The position numbers and the translations under genes are program-made. From Armatimonadota bacterium (GTDB taxonomy: Bacteria; Vulcanimicrobiota; JACPDS01; JBDRKI01): a stretch of 64,000 bases of DNA. The notes below the pieces were generated by a model. The model was not told where the DNA came from. It ran no database searches and worked only from the letters and a program-made list of their open reading frames with translations. Below, piece after piece: positions 60,719 through 64,000 of this stretch. Location of the stretch: the NCBI GenBank assembly GCA_043814095.1, contig JBDRKI010000102.1, positions 1-64,000 of the forward strand. The letters are read 5' to 3'. The stretch's first letter is position 1; every line of letters begins with the position of its first letter.

Positions 60719-61465
60719 CTAAGCAAGTTCCTGCAGTATCTCTTCAGGTATATCAAAATTGGCATGAACCTGCTGAACATCATCGTGTTCTTCAATAGCT
60801 TCCATTAATTTTAAAATTGACGAGGCTTGATCTTTATTAAGTTCTACCGTATTCTGGGGTATCATAATTATATTTGCCGATTCTAACTTAATTTTATTGT
60901 CTTCCAGAGCGGTTTTTACTTTATGAAAATCCGATATTTCGGTCTCAATTTCATAAGACGATTCCAGAGTTTTAAAATCCGAAGCTCCGGCGTTTATCGC
61001 TACTTCCATTAATTTTTCTTCTTCCGAGGCGGTTTTATCCACGGTAATAAGGCCTTTTTGAGCAAACATCCAGCCCACGCATCCTGTTTCGCCTAAGTTG
61101 CCGCCGTATTTTGAGAATAAGCTTCTTACTTCTCCTGCTGTTCTGTTTCTGTTATCCGTGGCTACTTCTATTATTATAGCTACTCCGTTAGGCCCGTATC
61201 CTTCATAAACTATGGTTTCGTAATTTTCCGCGCCTCCCGCGCCTGTTGCCTTATCAATAGTCCTTTTTATGTTATCAGCCGGCATATTAACTTCTTTAGC
61301 TTTGCCTATGGCTATTTTTAACCTGTAGTTTACCTCGGGATCAGCTCCGCCTTCTTTTACGGCCATAAATATTTCTTTGGCAATCTTGGTGAACATCTTC
61401 CCTCTTTTGGCGTCCATCTTGCCCTTTTTTTCCCTTATATTATGCCATTTTGAATGACCGCTCAT
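60719..61465 (-). CDS. yebC: YebC/PmpR family protein
   Basis: MSGHSKW, YEGYGPNG, TDNRNRT, DDVQ. Confidence 0.97.
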   Translation of the reverse strand: MSGHSKWHNIREKKGKMDAKRGKMFTKIAKEIFMAVKEGGADPEVNYRLKIAIGKAKEVNMPADNIKRTIDKATGAGGAENYETIVYEGYGPNGVAIIIEVATDNRNRTAGEVRSLFSKYGGNLGETGCVGWMFAQKGLITVDKTASEEEKLMEVAINAGASDFKTLESSYEIETEISDFHKVKTALEDNKIKLESANIIMIPQNTVELNKDQASSILKLMEAIEEHDDVQQVHANFDIPEEILQELA

Positions 61466-61475
61466 GAAAATCCTC

Positions 61476-62789
61476 CTAAGGGTAAATCCTGTTTAAAGTT
61501 CTTGCGAAAGGTATGGTCTCCCTTACATGATCAAGCCCGCATATCCATGCGACAGCCCTTTCTATTCCTAATCCGAAGCCTGCGTGAGGCACGGAACCGT
61601 ACCTTCTTAAATCAAGATACCATTTATACGCTTCTTTCGGCAGTTTATGCAGGTCTATCTTCTTCTCAAGTATCTGGAGACTGTCTTCCCTCTGGCCTCC
61701 TCCTATTATCTCTCCGTATCCTTCGGGAGCAAGAAGGTCAGAACTTAATGAAAGTTTGGAGTTATCCGGGTCTTCTTTCATGTAGAAGGCTTTGCATTCA
61801 ACAGGAAAACGGTGTACGAAAAACGGCTTATCGAATTTACTTGCTATAATTGTTTCGTCTCCCCCCCCGAAATCTCCTCCCCACTGGAATTCTACGCCTT
61901 CTTTTTTTAATATCTCAACTGCTTCATCATAGGAAATCCTTGGGAAAGGAGGCGTTACTTTTTTAAGATATGTAAGGTCGCGCTCTAAGACTTCAAGTTC
62001 TTTTTCGCAGTTTTTAATGACTGTCTGCACCAGATACGACACATATTCTTCCTGTATTTTTATATCCTGTTCCAGGTCGCAGTACGCGATCTCCGGCTCT
62101 ATCATCCAGAATTCGTTAAGGTGGCGTCTTGTTTTGGATTTTTCAGCCCGGAAAGTAGGCCCGAAACAGTATACCTTATTAAATGCCATGCAGGCCGCTT
62201 CCATATATAACTGGCCTGACTGGGTAAGATAAGCTTTAGTGTCAAAATAGTCAGTCTCAAAAAGAGTTGTTGTTCCTTCACATGCCGAAGGAGTCATAAT
62301 AGGAGCATCTATCAGAACATAACCGTTAGAGTCAAAATAATCCCTGCTTGATTTTATTATCTGGTGCCTTATCTTCATAATGGCATGCTGGCGTTTTGAT
62401 CTTAGCCATAGATGCCTGTGGTCCATAAGAAATTCCGTGCCGTGCTCTTTCGGGGTGATCGGGTATTCCTGGGCTTGATTTATAACGGTGAGATCTTTTA
62501 CCGATAGTTCAAACCCTATCGGGGAACGTGTGTCTTCTTTAACTTCACCGGTTACAATTATTGATGATTCATAAGGAAGTTTATCTGCCGTATCAAAAAC
62601 TTCGGGGGAAACATCACCTTTGAATACCACGGCCTGTATAATGCCGGTGCCGTCCCTGACCTGCAGGAAATGAAGCTTCCCGCTGGATCTTTTGTTATAA
62701 AGCCAGCCTTTAATCTGCACTGTTTTTCCAGCATATTTTGCTATATCCTGTATTAAAGCAGTTTCCATTGTTATTACCTCTTCTTGCAT
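61476..62789 (-). CDS. asnS: Asparagine--tRNA ligase
   Basis: OB fold, [21 protein letters not shown]...[26 protein letters not shown]. Confidence 0.93.
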   Translation of the reverse strand: MQEEVITMETALIQDIAKYAGKTVQIKGWLYNKRSSGKLHFLQVRDGTGIIQAVVFKGDVSPEVFDTADKLPYESSIIVTGEVKEDTRSPIGFELSVKDLTVINQAQEYPITPKEHGTEFLMDHRHLWLRSKRQHAIMKIRHQIIKSSRDYFDSNGYVLIDAPIMTPSACEGTTTLFETDYFDTKAYLTQSGQLYMEAACMAFNKVYCFGPTFRAEKSKTRRHLNEFWMIEPEIAYCDLEQDIKIQEEYVSYLVQTVIKNCEKELEVLERDLTYLKKVTPPFPRISYDEAVEILKKEGVEFQWGGDFGGGDETIIASKFDKPFFVHRFPVECKAFYMKEDPDNSKLSLSSDLLAPEGYGEIIGGGQREDSLQILEKKIDLHKLPKEAYKWYLDLRRYGSVPHAGFGLGIERAVAWICGLDHVRETIPFARTLNRIYP

Positions 62790-62926
62790 GATTAGACACC
62801 TCTCCGGTTTAATAATAGTCTCTTTTCTATACCCTATCAGCTATTCCCTCTTATATATTATAATTCCTTTTTATAAAATACAATAAAAATAATGGAAAAA
62901 CAGAATAATATGAAATTATATTATAA

Positions 62927-62960
62927 TAAAAGACACCCCGGTAAAACAGGGTGTCTTTTA
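62927..62960 (-). terminator. Terminator after gdhA
   Basis: taaaagacaccc...gggtgtctttta. Confidence 0.75.
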
Positions 62961-62980
62961 AATGATTTACAAACGACAGT

Positions 62981-64000
62981 TTAGGGCCAGATGTCTCTGA
63001 GTTTGAGAGCGTCTGAGACTCTGCCTACCGCTAATATGTAAGCGGCTGTTCTCATGTCGCAGTTGTATTTTTTATGGATATTCAGCACATCCATGAATGA
63101 TTTGTACATGATATCTCTGAGTTTATTGTTTACTTCGTCTTCGGTCCAGAAGTGGGCCTGTAGATCCTGTACCCATTCAAAGTATGATACTGTAACACCG
63201 CCGGCATTGGCTAAAATGTCAGGTATTACCATTATACCGTTTTTGAAGAGAATATCATCCGCTTCAGGTGTTGTCGGGCCGTTAGCGGCTTCGGCAACTA
63301 TCTTAGCTTTGATATTTGCGGCGTTCTTTGATGTGATTACATTTTCAAGCGCTGCCGGTACGAGTACGTCTACTTCAAGTTCAAGAAGCTGTTCGTTTGT
63401 AATTTCTTTTGTGTCTTTATATCCTTTTACCGAACCTGTTTCCTGCTTGTAGGTTATAACTGATGTTATATCAAGACCTTTTTCCGAGTAGATCCCGCCT
63501 CTTGAATCGCTTACTGCAACTATTTTACAGCCTTCATCGGCAAGAAGTCTCGCAGCTATAGAGCCGGCATTGCCAAAGCCCTGTACTGATACTGTTTTGC
63601 CTTTTAAGTCGCCCCATCCGAGAGCTTCGGCGGCTTTTTGTACTGTGAACATACAGCCTCTTGCCGTAGCTTCGTTTCTGCCGTAGGATCCGCCTACTTC
63701 AATAGGTTTGCCTGTTACAACGCCCGGTACCGAATAGCCCTTTATCATGCTGTAGGTATCCATAATCCAGGACATTGTTTTTGCGTTAGTGTATACGTCC
63801 GGTGCGGGGATATCTTTTTCCGGTCCGATTATAATGGAAATTTCAGAAGTGAATCGTCTTGTTATTCTTTCTAATTCACTCATTGACAGTTCTTTCGGGT
63901 TGCATATGACGCCGCCCTTTGCGCCGCCGTAAGGAATTCCTACAACCGCGCATTTCCATGTCATCCACATGGCAAGAGCTCTTACTTCGTCTACACTGAC
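62981..64000 (-). CDS. gdhA: Glutamate dehydrogenase (5' end outside the window)
   Basis: MTWKCA, GGAKGG, DIPAPD, QGFGNAG, EAANGP, NAGGVTVSYFEW. Confidence 0.96.
   Translation of the reverse strand, partial: VSVDEVRALAMWMTWKCAVVGIPYGGAKGGVICNPKELSMSELERITRRFTSEISIIIGPEKDIPAPDVYTNAKTMSWIMDTYSMIKGYSVPGVVTGKPIEVGGSYGRNEATARGCMFTVQKAAEALGWGDLKGKTVSVQGFGNAGSIAARLLADEGCKIVAVSDSRGGIYSEKGLDITSVITYKQETGSVKGYKDTKEITNEQLLELEVDVLVPAALENVITSKNAANIKAKIVAEAANGPTTPEADDILFKNGIMVIPDILANAGGVTVSYFEWVQDLQAHFWTEDEVNNKLRDIMYKSFMDVLNIHKKYNCDMRTAAYILAVGRVSDALKLRDIWP

Noticed and set aside
62790-62980. T-box leader upstream of asnS
   Set aside because: No T-box (GGTGGNACCGCG) motif; the gap holds the gdhA terminator and a promoter.

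Overview
Low-GC bacterial chromosomal segment with a Terrabacteria-like anaerobe gene set (four-subunit pyruvate:ferredoxin oxidoreductase, csaB, yvcK-rapZ-uvrC, fabF-rnc, ruvCAB-yebC); the phylum cannot be determined from this window. Most of it is housekeeping: corA, oppABC, porCDAB, upp, dihydropyrimidinase, clpB, minCDE-rodA, ftsEX with an M23 peptidase and two S41 proteases, pcrA-ligA, rlmD, a Xer recombinase, asnS and gdhA. Four small toxin-antitoxin-type modules (one decayed) and several orphan genes are interspersed. I recognised no rRNA, tRNA, CRISPR array or transposase. The most interesting signals are: (1) an operonic trio of a Clp/Hsp100 ATPase lacking both the M-domain and the ClpP-docking loop, a stand-alone FHA protein and a pseudokinase-TPR protein; (2) a promoter architecture of 11-bp-period direct repeats a fixed 7 bp before TATAAT, found in front of two unrelated genes whose products have signal-peptide-less, effector-like N-termini, with a third copy that has no sense gene; (3) eleven sigma-H-like promoters in front of mostly housekeeping genes; (4) a dif-like 11-6-11 site, two DnaA boxes and a duplicated non-coding element upstream of the Xer recombinase; (5) a half-ferritin-PP2C fusion upstream of the por operon. 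All product calls come from motif recognition by eye, not database searches.
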